Assembly (NCBI GenBank): GCA_029717555.1
Contig: JAMDHS010000038.1
Span: 177,002-197,001, forward strand
Length of the DNA stretch: 20,000 nucleotides
Source of the DNA: Peribolospora baueri
Taxonomy: Eukaryota
Direction of reading: 5' to 3'
Shown here piece by piece: positions 10,452-20,000 of this stretch. Made by a program: the position numbers and the translations under genes. The notes beneath the pieces are model-generated. The model was not told the DNA's origin and did not search any database. It worked only from the letters and a program-made list of their open reading frames with translations. Every line of letters begins with the position of its first letter. The stretch's first letter is position 1.

Positions 10452-11426
10452 GCCAGAGCGTCCATTCTTTGCTCTTTTCTGTCTCGCCCACCCTCTTTTG
10501 TTTCTCCTTCGGATGGGGCGTTCGCTGGGAGGGGACGTTCCCAAATGGGCCCCTATGCAACGTCATCTCGTTTCCCCCATGTACACCTACCTCCCAACCA
10601 GCATGCTCTGCCTCTTTCCTGAGGGGCGATCAAAAGTGTTTATCTCACCAGAATGCGCGTGCCTGCTCAGGGAAGCGAGGCAGCGAGTGAGCCTCGTCCA
10701 CGTGCCGGTGTTCAGGCGAGGGTTGGGTTAGTTCGCTCATGCCGCACGCGGTTGACTGATAGTTGGCTTAGCGTCGGTGTATACGGCGTGCAAGATAGGT
10801 AGGCTATGTGAGTCGAGATGTTAGGGGTTTGTGGTTTTGGTGTCCCTAGCGCTCCGCGAGAGAGGAAGGCACGGATGACATTCTCGTTGCTTCTCCACCG
10901 GACGAGGGGCGTTAGCCCTCTTTAGCCACACTTATCGCGAGACCAGTGTCACTGTCTACCGATACAGAGGTCCCAGCTCCCACATGAGCAAGGGCGTCGA
11001 GGGAAGAACGATGACCCGAAAAAGCGGCGAGAAGGAAGAGCCTGCTTCTTCTTCCTGCAAATGCTTGACCCTTCTTCCCGCGCCTGCGGCTCTCAATGCG
11101 CGTGCGCGCTGTGCCACTCGAGCGTACAGTGCTTGACATTGTCTATCCTTCGACCGCACCGTTCTTTGCCTGAACCCGAACCAAGGAACGATACCGTTTC
11201 GGATTGTCCTCGACGTCTTTACTGGGCCAGAGTGTGGAGATACCATGCGCCGGCCTTTGAGTACGACTGGGTCGACCCGCTCCGCAGAAGAGAGCGAGAC
11301 GCAGAAAGATGGGAGTGTGTGATACGAAGGATTGATGCGGCGCCATGGATTGCTAAAAGTACACGGGTCGATGATGAGGGGAGACCATGCGGTCGAACCA
11401 ATCCTTTGTGCTACAGAGCGTAAAAT

Positions 11427-12719
11427 CTACCTGTTCGGCCAGCACCGCTCACTGTCTTCCCGGATGGCCTCGATGTCGTCCTCGTTGAGATCGCTCGTGG
11501 TCTCCCACGCCTGGTCGAACTCAATGTCGAGAGCGGCCTCTATCCCCGAGAGGCCCGGTGGTCCTGCCCCATCTCTGACCACATCCGGGGCCGCCTTGCT
11601 TTTGACCGCCGCTGCATCGGTGGCTTGGTAAGAATCGAAGGGGGAGGCGGGCGAGGGGTCGGCGGAAGAGGGCAGTGAAGGCGCGTTGCGTGGTGCTGGG
11701 CCATCCTGCGCGGAGACGGTCGAAAGGATCCACATTCGCTCTCGCAGGCGTTTGTGCTGTGATGGACCGGGACGGCTTTAAGCAAAGGTGCCGTCTTCGG
11801 AAACGAGGAGAGACAAAGTGGAGGACTTACGCGTTCCCGGTCCTCCTCTATTCTCCGGAAGACATCTTGCCGGGAAAAGTTCTCGAAAGCGCCCGTCTCG
11901 CCGTTCTGGCCTACCGATGCCACAGAGTGATATCTGAATGAATGAAATAAAAAGTGCGCAAGAGGTCCGACGTGGTGAACATCGCATGCTTCGAAGGAAG
12001 AGCACGACGACGGTACTGGTGACGCGTAGACGATTGCTCACAGCTTCTTCCGCTCGTCCAACAATTCACGTTCGATGCTTTCAATCAATCCTGGGTCCAG
12101 AACGCGCTTCAAACGCCAGCTCTCAAGAATCTGGGGACGGCGGAGAGGGATCAACTAGTCTGCTTTGCAGGTTCCAGTCCGGCTGTATATGCTCACCTGT
12201 CTAGCGCTGCCAAGGTTGAGAATTCCCTCGCGCTCCTCCGGGACGACGAGCTGGACGACCTTTCGAAGGTCACGGCGAGTTAGAAAAACGTAATCGTTCT
12301 CGGCGGCCGTGGAGGGGGCAGCGGACACGAGCGAAGCTTCAAGAAGGGCGTCGAGGAGGTAGAGGATGTTGATTCGCGCATTGAGGTTCGCCTGTGAGGG
12401 AGGCGAGGCGAAGCGGGTGAGGGTGAAGCAATGATAAGCCAGCAAGACTTTTTTTTCGAACCGCCCCGTGCGCCTTCTCACCTTCTCACACTCCTCTATC
12501 AGACACTCCCAGAGGTCTTCTCCACACCGACTGCCGTAGCGTACCGCGAAGGCGACCACTTTCTGGATGGATTGCTGCGAAGCGTTCAGCCGTCGCAGCT
12601 GGGACAGAAAGTCCTGGGTCGCGGCGACAAGAAGCTGGTGTGAGCATCGCATGGCGCCTCGTATTTGTTATACTCTTGTGCGCGGACAGACTCACCATCC
12701 GTATCTGGAAGGGATCCAT
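11427..12719 (-). CDS. CTK3: CTD kinase I gamma subunit (Ctk3), with CID-like N-terminal domain and CTK3_C; 6 exons: 12719-12696, 12613-12482, 12391-12197, 12130-12042, 11933-11831, 11756-11427; about 290 aa
   Basis: MDPFQIRM-DFLSQLRRLNASQQSIQK..EDLWECLIEEC..LNARINILYLLD and C-terminal RRIEEDRER-HKRLRERMW..EFDQAWETTSDLNEDD match Ctk3 family motifs. All introns are GT-AG and the frame is intact. Confidence 0.92.
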
Positions 12720-12852
12720 GAGCGTAGCGTATCTTGAGCTCAGGACGCCTGCCTGACTGCCGTGCCCACCCGGTCAGCGACGTCGCAGTTCGTCCTCCAT
12801 CGTTTCCGGTGCACGTCCCTCCGGTCGATCATGCCTCCGCGGCAAGCACAAG

Positions 12853-12862
12853 TAGGGTTAGG
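12853..12862. promoter_or_regulatory. Telobox-like motif TAGGGTTAGG in the CTK3 / transcription factor divergent spacer
   Basis: Seen directly near the middle of the 321-nt spacer between the two ATGs. Function is inferred. Confidence 0.4.
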
Positions 12863-13040
12863 TCGCGGGGCCGTTTTTTCCCACGGTGCGCGCGGCGGCG
12901 CAGCGCGGTGGTCGTCGCCGCCATCCTCCTCGCTCCGTCTCCGTCTATGACCGCCACAACGTCTTCCATCCGATCTGTCCGCCTTTCTCCATTCCATCCC
13001 CGCTCGGTATTCCCACTCGAGCGTCGTCGGCCATTTTCGC

Positions 13041-16000
13041 ATGGATCACTCCAACCTGCCGCCCATCTTCGGCGGCGCATCTGCCGCTCAGTATGCCTTC
13101 GCCCAACCCACCGCTTCCTCAGCCACACACGATGACGCCGACGCTGCTCAACAACACGCCGATGCCCACCAGCAGCACCAACAGCAGCCGCAGGCCCAGC
13201 ACCATCCTTCTCACGAAACCATCGCCGAGCACCACCAGCAACACGCTGACCTCGGTCACGACGCGTCTCGGCAACCGCCCTCGACGCCACTGACCGCAGA
13301 GCAGATCCGCGAGTTCGCTGTCGCTCAGGCTGCCGCTCAGCAGCATCACCAGCCACACGCCGGCTCAAGCGCGAGTCCGCTGGGCACCCCGCTTCCCCAC
13401 GGTCTTGACCTGCCCCACGGCCTCGATAGCGGCGGCGGAGGGGACGAAAAGGTCACTCCAGGCTCGGAGAACAAAAAGAGGCGCAAACGCGCCGTGTTGT
13501 CGTGTACCGAGTGCAAGGTGCGTCTTTTCAGGGCTGCCTTCTCGAGTCGAATCCGATAAGCTGAAGTGACTGGTCCCCATTCTCGCGCGCCTTCGTATGC
13601 CGACGTGCATTGTGCAGGCGAGGAAGATCAAGGTGAGTGCCGCTACCGACGTTTCGCGCGCGCCAGCCTTCCGCCTGACGCGTCTCGTGCTCCTGGTATC
13701 CATCCGCAGTGCGACCGAAACGTTCCCAACTGCCAATCATGCGTGCGGAGAGGAGTGGCACACAAGTGTCGATGGGGCGATGATCGCGATAATTTGACGT
13801 GGGTCTCAGCGGTGTGTCCCTTGCGCGAGAGCGCGAACGTCGTGTTTTGCGCGGAGAGGGTTGTGCTCTGACACGTCGCGTCGTTCTCTCTGCGTTCAGT
13901 ATGAACGCCATGGGCAACCCTGCCACGCAAGCGGCGCTCGCCGCGCGCATAGCGGCCTTGGAGCAGCGGCTGGCGCAGTTCGAAAATGGCACAATAACCA
14001 GCTCCCCGACCTCGCTCGGAGTCCCGGGTGCATCCAGTCATGTCGCCGGCGTCAAGAGGCAGAGGACGGGTTCTGCAGATCATGACGACGGAGTGGACAG
14101 TGGGACCGAAGATGCCGCTCAGGTGAGCTCGCAACAGCTGTGACTCAGTTGGCGACTAGTCTGTCGCACGCCTGCGCGGGGCGGGCGTGCTCGTCATCAG
14201 AGACATGGCTTGCATGTACGACTACTTTACGAAAAGGACACTTTGTTCTGAGTGCACGTTGTCTTCACCTCCCCGTTTGTCGTGTGATTCAAGGTTCTGG
14301 AACATCTGGCTATGGGTCGGATGGCCGAACCGATCAGGACCGGTGCCCACTTGGTCGACGACGCGGGAGCGGCCGGCCTGCCTTTCGGCGACCTTCTCAC
14401 CGCGGCCGCTACCGGCGGCTCCGCGTCGTATGGGATGTCGAATATGACCAACAGCCTCCAATCGGCCCTCGCTGGTGGCGGTCTCCACGCCTTCAACCCG
14501 CTATTCCCTCTCGGACACATGTCTCCAGCTCACCTACAGATTCAGACGCAAGCTTTGCTTGTTCTTCTGCCGCCGTGGGACAAGGCCGAAGCCTTGATCA
14601 ACTATTACCTAGACACGACCCACTTCATCATCTGCAGCATCCACATCCCCACCTTCAGGGCCGAACTGCGCCGGTTCATGGACGTCGTCGACGCTCGCCT
14701 CGGCCGCCAGCCTCGAGACGGCTCCAACGGCTCCGAAGGTTCCATGCGCAACTGGGCCGACCTTCCCGTCGATCTCTCCTTCCTCTCCCTTCTCTTTTCC
14801 ATGTTCGTAGGCGCCGTCGAGTTCGCCTCGGTCGACAAGCTCATGTCGCCCCCATTCAGCATTGTCCAGCACGCTTCGCAGGTCGAACCTCTGGCGAAGC
14901 GCTTCAACGACGCCGCCCAGACGGCCCTCAGCCTCAGCGACTTCCACTCCAAGCCGACCTTGAATGCCATCAATGCCATCATAGCGATGCGCCATCGCAG
15001 CGTCAACGAAAACAACCTGGACGGCTATTCCGTGTTAAACGCCATGGCCGTACGCCTTGCACAATCGATGGGCCTCCATCGCCTCGGCGAGGCTGAGGAC
15101 GACTTCTATCGACTCGAGGCGGCCGGCCGAGTTGATCCGCAAGGCCGCATACTGGAACCGAGCGAGACTCATTTTAGTCGAGCCTTCTCGCCGGCCAAAG
15201 GTGAAGGGACGGCGAGGCTCAAACGCTTCGCCGATGGAAACATCGTCTTGCGGGAGTACGGTCGCAAGATCTGGTGCGCACTCGTGGCCATGGATTGGAG
15301 TGAGTCGAAGTCACGAGGTGACGGCCTTGATGTTTTGCGGACAGCCTAATGACTCGCCCGTCTTCGCCATTTTCCGTTATGCTACCTTTAGGCACGGCGA
15401 TCCATCGGGAAAGGGTGTACGTGGTTCATCCGTCGCAGGTAAGCACTGTTTCGTAATTAGACCGGGGTACGTCGATGATGCTACGAAGCTGCGGGCGCCT
15501 GATTTTACAGCTTAATCGAACGTTGTTCACTCCAGTTCACTACTGGTGCCCCTCTGAACCTCGATGACGAAGAGATCGTCGAAGGCGTCGTGCTCCACGG
15601 CAAACTCGAGGACGTGCCGACGGTAAGTCTGTAGCTGTCATTGCGCCGACATGAAAGCACAGTGCTGACGACGAGATCGGGCCATCGCTCTCGGCTGCGT
15701 GTACAGGTAACCTCTTTCGTACGCTGCCAGCTCCGCGTCGCTGAAGTGAGCCGAGAGTGGTGCGACATGTTGAACCGCGGCTACTTTTCTTCCGAAGACG
15801 CTCTTCACCTGGATGGGAAATATAAGGAGGTGGTGAGTGAATGCAATGGAAAACTCAAATTCGTCCCAGTTCTTCGGCAGCCAACCGCAATCTTTCCCTT
15901 TGGCCATGATCAGATGAACGATCTCCCGCCGTTCTTCCGCCTCGACGGTGTCTCGGAGAACACTCCGGCGATGCGAGCCCAGACGAAGGACAAGCAATAC

Positions 16001-17265
16001 GTCGTCCAGCAGCGGCTTTGTGTGAGGCGAATTTGCTTTTCCGTCGGTATATGTCGTTTTTTGTGGCTGACGTAATGCCGTTTGTACTTGCCGATTGTCA
16101 GTTGCATGGTACCATCAGCAGCCGGCGTGTTAAGCTAGTATGTTCGCACCGTCGTCGGCTTACCGTTCGATGTCACATCAACTGACGCTGTTAATTGAAC
16201 GTCTCAGCACCGTAACTTTATGACGAAAGGATACCGGGACCTCAAGTATGCCGTTCACACTCGTTTGGCCGTCGAAGCTGCCCAGAGGGTGATCCACATC
16301 AGAAGGCTGGACGCCGAGTACAACCATGATAGTCAGAGATATTGGTGCGTCGTCGGGCCATGTGCAGAATCGTGACGGTTCATCGTCGCGCGCTCCGAAT
16401 GACCGCTGATGGTCGAGAAAGGCCCTTTTCATTACACAGGGTCTTCAAGTTCCATACCTTTAACGCGTGCATGGTGCTCCTGCTGGACCTCTTGCACAGC
16501 GTCGATCTCAAGCCGTCGAAAGAGTTGGACGAGAAGAGGCAGGACGTCATCGACGGTATCGCGTTCCTCACCAAGGTGGTGAGTGATTTTGCTTGCTTTT
16601 GACAGGCTTAGTAGGATGCACGTCGGCTCATTGGAAGCCTGGTTTGCGTCCAGGACTACGATCGCCCACGTTCGTCGCCTCTGTTGGCGAACGCGCGCAG
16701 CGTGCTTCAAACGATGCTGGAGGAGGAGGCTCGACGGCGCGGGGGCGCACCGCTGACGCAGGCGTCGAACAGGCCCAAGGTGCCGCCGATGACGGAGCAG
16801 GAGGCGGCTCAGATGCGTCAGCTGGCCAAACGGATCTACCCCGAGGCGGCGGCGGCGGCTGCGGCGGCGGCGGAAGAAGGACAAGCGGGTCGGGATGGCG
16901 GGCAAGGCAAGGCGAGCGGCGAGGCGTCGTCGCACGAGCCCATGATCGATCCGTCGCTGATGCCGGACGCGGCGGCGGCGGCGGCGCTGTCGGGGGCGAT
17001 AGAGCAAGCGACGTCATCGGAGGCGGCGGCGCTGGCGGACATGCCAACGATGACGGTGGAGCAGCAAGCGGCGCTGGAAAACTTTGTGAGCCAGGTCAAC
17101 TCGAAGGGCACGACGACGACGACGGCGGGGGCGGCGGAGGACGACGACAACGACGACATTTTTACCATCCTCGACGAGCTCGTCCGAGCTGGCATGCCAG
17201 CGTCGGATGACTTTGGTGCGCTGGCGCCTGGACCCATGTCCGCTTTGTCGTTCACCGCCCTGTAG
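13041..17265 (+). CDS. Zn(II)2Cys6 fungal transcription factor with fungal-specific middle homology region; 13 exons (13041-13517, 13618-13632, 13710-13798, 13900-14122, 14294-15299, 15392-15438, 15536-15622, 15707-15832, 15914-16021, 16102-16137, 16208-16344, 16440-16578, 16654-17265); about 1033 aa
   Basis: The spliced zinc cluster reads KRRKRAVLSCTECK-ARKIK-CDRNVPNCQSCVRRGVAHKC. Middle-region motifs include AVRLAQSMGLHR, EYGRKIWCALVAMDW, PLNLDDE, LPPFFRLD and LHRNF. The exon set sums to a complete frame. Confidence 0.92.
16846..16872 (+). repeat. (GCG)n coding microsatellite giving a poly-alanine tract in the transcription factor C-terminus
   Basis: gcggcggcggcggctgcggcggcggcg encodes nine alanines. 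Confidence 0.85.
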
Positions 17266-17495
17266 GCAGGCGACGGACGGGAGGGGTGTTGGGTGTGCCG
17301 GGGGATATTCATACATACATATAGGCCTATCGTATCGTCTTTTCTATCCATGTTGTACGTTTTCCATTTAAACGCCACGCCTGTAAAAGTACAGTCACGA
17401 AGGGGGGGAGGGGAGGGGGTTGTCGGTGCGTGTGCGCGAAAGAAGCTACGTCCGTTTTCCAGTTTTCAAGCGGACGGTGGACGATCCGATCCGAT

Positions 17496-18884
17496 CTACG
17501 CATGCCATTCTGTGCCGATGCCGTGACGGCGGCCGAGATCGACGATGAGACGGGCGATGGCGAGGTCTTGGACGGCTACGCCGACGGACTTGAACACGCT
17601 CAGCACGGTCTGCGCGTGGTCGCCCTGAGCAGAATCAGAAGGAGAAGGAGGAGGGAGACAGATGCGACCGGCAGCGTCGACGCACTCTCCCACCTCCCTC
17701 ACGTCATCCCACCCGGGGTCTCGGTCAGGGAGGTTTACGAACTCGCCAGCTTCGAGACGGACGGCGTGTCGAGAGTCGACAAAGACGCCTGCGCCTGTGA
17801 ATTTTGGATTTTTCCCTTCTTCCGGTCGCGAAGGAAGGGCTTGGGAGATGAGAGATGGGGCTACCTCGATCATTGAAGGACGGTAGGAGCCTGCGAGGGA
17901 GAGATGAACGCGTCTCGGACTGGGGTGGGGAGCGGGAGGGAGGAGCCAGGAGGCGGGGAAGAGGGGGGAGGTGGAGGGCGTGCATGTGCAGAGGATGGAG
18001 GCGGTGGAGACAGTGTCGAAGAGGCGTGCCTGCGTTGTCGTTGTCGTCGTCGTCGTCGTATCCGACCCGTCCCACTCCGCCGCCAGGGCTTGGAAATGGA
18101 CGGGCGGTCGTGGTGAACGGGCACGGTGGCCGTCGTCGGCAAACTCGTCTTCCAACTTGCACACCACGCTTCTCAATCGCTCGTTATCTGACCGATTGAC
18201 GAGGACACAAGATATGATGGTAGGGAAGAGGAGGAGGTGGAGGCGGGCGTGATGGTAGGCTTGGGTGCCTGCGCCGAAGATGACGAGGTGCGTGGGTGGG
18301 GGGTAGGAGGGGGTGGAGGCGAGGGCGATGAGGGTGCCGAGGACGGAGCCTGGGAAGGCGGCGATGGGACATTCCATCAGCAACGCCCGCAGCGTTCGTT
18401 GACTTTTCGCTCACTCACCGGCACCCGTCCTGACGCCGGTAAGCTGGGCCGCATCGAGCACGGCGTCAACCTTGCCGCTGTCTTCGTCGACGAGGATGGT
18501 GGACGCCTCGATGGCGTCTCTCGATGTCGGTCGAGAGGGAGAAGGAGACTCGGGATTGTGTTTGGGTTTGGGCACGGAGACGATCTTTAACCCGGTCGTT
18601 GCCTTTGTGGGACGCCGTGGCCGGTGGCTGTGATGCGCGTTGTCGTCGTCGCCGTCGTCGCCGCCGTCCAAGGCGAGACGAGAAGGCATAAAGAGAACAG
18701 TGTCGTTCGGGGTATCAACGGCCACTCTGTGCGGGCTCTGGACGGGGGCAGGCACGAGTTTGGGCTCGGATTGATCATCGGAGAGGGAGAGGGAGTGAAA
18801 AGCGCGGCCCATGAGCTCGACGAGCTGGCGGGGCTCGACGGTGAGCCGGAGGCGGTCGACGTCGGCGGCGGAGAGGAGGAGCAT
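17496..18884 (-). CDS. Ornithine cyclodeaminase / mu-crystallin (ketimine reductase) family protein, PrnX-like; 2 exons: 18884-18419, 18349-17496; about 439 aa
   Basis: Family motifs LFMPS, GLKIVSV, LDAAQLTGVRTGA-GS, Rossmann VIFGAGTQA, CTPSTSPLF, GSYRPSMIEV, VDSR..EAGEF and FKSVGVAVQD. There is one 69-nt GTGAGT..CAG intron. Confidence 0.9.
18033..18059 (-). repeat. (ACG/ACA)n coding microsatellite giving a poly-threonine tract in the cyclodeaminase
   Basis: The plus strand reads cgttgtcgttgtcgtcgtcgtcgtcgt and the protein reads DTTTTTTTTTQ. Confidence 0.85.
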
Positions 18885-19094
18885 GGGTGGAGGACAGGTG
18901 GGGGTGTGGGGGTGGAAGGGTTGCTAGGTGGGATCTGTCTGATCTGGTCGGTCGTCGGTCGTCCCGGTGACGACGACGAGGACGGCGACGATGGCGATCA
19001 AGCAAAAGCAGAGATTGAATCGACCTGCACTTCATTTCTTCTCCACGACATCCATCGATCGAGGTTTGCAGACTGGCATATGATGGGAGCTTCG

Positions 19095-19143
19095 GACGAC
19101 TGACTGGCTGACTATTGACTACTGACGGACGGACTGACCGACT
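19095..19143. repeat. Degenerate (GACT/GACG)n tetranucleotide repeat upstream of the cyclodeaminase gene
   Basis: gacgactgactggctgactattgactactgacggacggactgaccgact. Confidence 0.65.
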
Positions 19144-19847
19144 CGAGAAGCGGCTCTTTGTGGTCAAGCTAGGGACGATAAGAACACCGATTCTAGTTCT
19201 AGTGCTGGTACGTACAAACTACTCTTCTACAATTACACTCCTAACCCTCCTCCCCCTCTCTCTCTTTTTCTTTTTGCGCTGCCTGCCGCCCACGCCCGCT
19301 TCGTCGCGGCCCTTTCCCATCGCGCTCCTGCAGCCCCGTTTGGGTCGCTTTGGCTTCCCTCGGTGCCGTCGCCGTCACTTGCCGTCGCTTGCCGTCGCGT
19401 CGTCGTCGGCCCGTTCTATCGACGGGGGAACGACGTCGTCCGCTCGACAGACAGCCCACGCCAAAGGAACCCCCTCGGCCGGGCTTGGCGACCTTCGACT
19501 TCGAGGTGCAGCAACTCGCTCGCGCTCGGACCCCCAACGGGGCGTGCGCCCACCGAGGCGTCCCACCGAGCCCACCGAGGGCGCCACGGGCCGCTACGCC
19601 ACGGCACGGCTTGCTTTGTGCAGCGGGCGAGCGAGGCGCGGCGGTGAGTGGATGGGAGGAGACGAGAGCGCAACGACCACCGGAACCGCCACGCCCGCCA
19701 GGACGTTTTTTTTTTTCCTGCTCCGCGTCTCCTCGCGGACTAGGCGTTCCACTACTGTCTGTGTTATGCCGTCGCTACTGCAGCGCGACCGGGGGCGACC
19801 GACGTACCATCGCCGGCCGCGCGCTCGCTCGCCGGTTGGCGGTGGGT

Positions 19848-19875
19848 GGGCGCTCGACGGGCGCTCGACGGGCGC
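19848..19875. repeat. 11-nt tandem repeat GGGCGCTCGAC x2.5
   Basis: gggcgctcgac gggcgctcgac gggcgc. Confidence 0.75.
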
Positions 19876-19920
19876 AATCGAGGGCGAGCGCCGTCAAACA
19901 CGAAAAAGATCCACTCGCCG

Positions 19921-19952
19921 AGCCCAAGCCCCAAGCCCCAAGCCCCAAGCCC
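19921..19952. repeat. 7-nt tandem repeat (AAGCCCC) x about 4.5
   Basis: agccc aagcccc aagcccc aagcccc aagccc. Confidence 0.85.
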
Positions 19953-20000
19953 GCTTCGGAGTCGGCGGGGTGTGTGCGCAGGCACGGCGAAGGGGGAAAA

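Noticed and set aside
19095..19143. TGACT repeats as Gcn4/CpcA sites
   Set aside because: There is no full TGACTCA/TGACTC match, so a degenerate microsatellite explains it better.
19681..19697. CGG-N11-CCG (Gal4-type spacing) upstream of the cyclodeaminase gene
   Set aside because: It is a single occurrence in very GC-rich sequence and is expected by chance. I noticed no CGG-N10-CCG Put3-type site.
19848..19952. Short tandem repeats as a CRISPR-like array or mobile element end
   Set aside because: The units are 7-11 nt without spacers, the context is eukaryotic, and I found no transposase, terminal inverted repeats or LTR.
16432..19985. Many overlapping R/G/P/A-rich ORFs on both strands
   Set aside because: These are shadow frames of GC-rich coding sequence and microsatellites, with no family motifs.

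Overview
Gene-dense, intron-rich eukaryotic DNA from a GC-rich fungus, most likely a basidiomycete (inferred from GTGAGT/GTGCGT donors, CTGAC-type branch points, 70-300 nt introns and a Zn2Cys6 factor). The ORF track is misleading because most genes are spliced. Manual splicing gives eight intact, in-frame genes: cytochrome c oxidase subunit Va/Cox6 (-), mitochondrial uL10m (+), an SmgGDS-like ARM-repeat protein (+), a JMJD7-like JmjC oxygenase (-), RPL17/uL22 (+), CTD kinase gamma subunit Ctk3 (-), a 13-exon Zn2Cys6 transcription factor (+) and an ornithine cyclodeaminase/mu-crystallin (PrnX-like) enzyme (-). Six of them form three compact head-to-head pairs. I found no mobile element, CRISPR array, rRNA or tRNA, and no firmly supported novel system. 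The best leads are a possible box C/D-like structured RNA inside an intron-like segment of the JMJD7-RPL17 spacer, recurring telomere-repeat (telobox) motifs in spacers, and the prnA/prnX-like pairing of the transcription factor and the cyclodeaminase.
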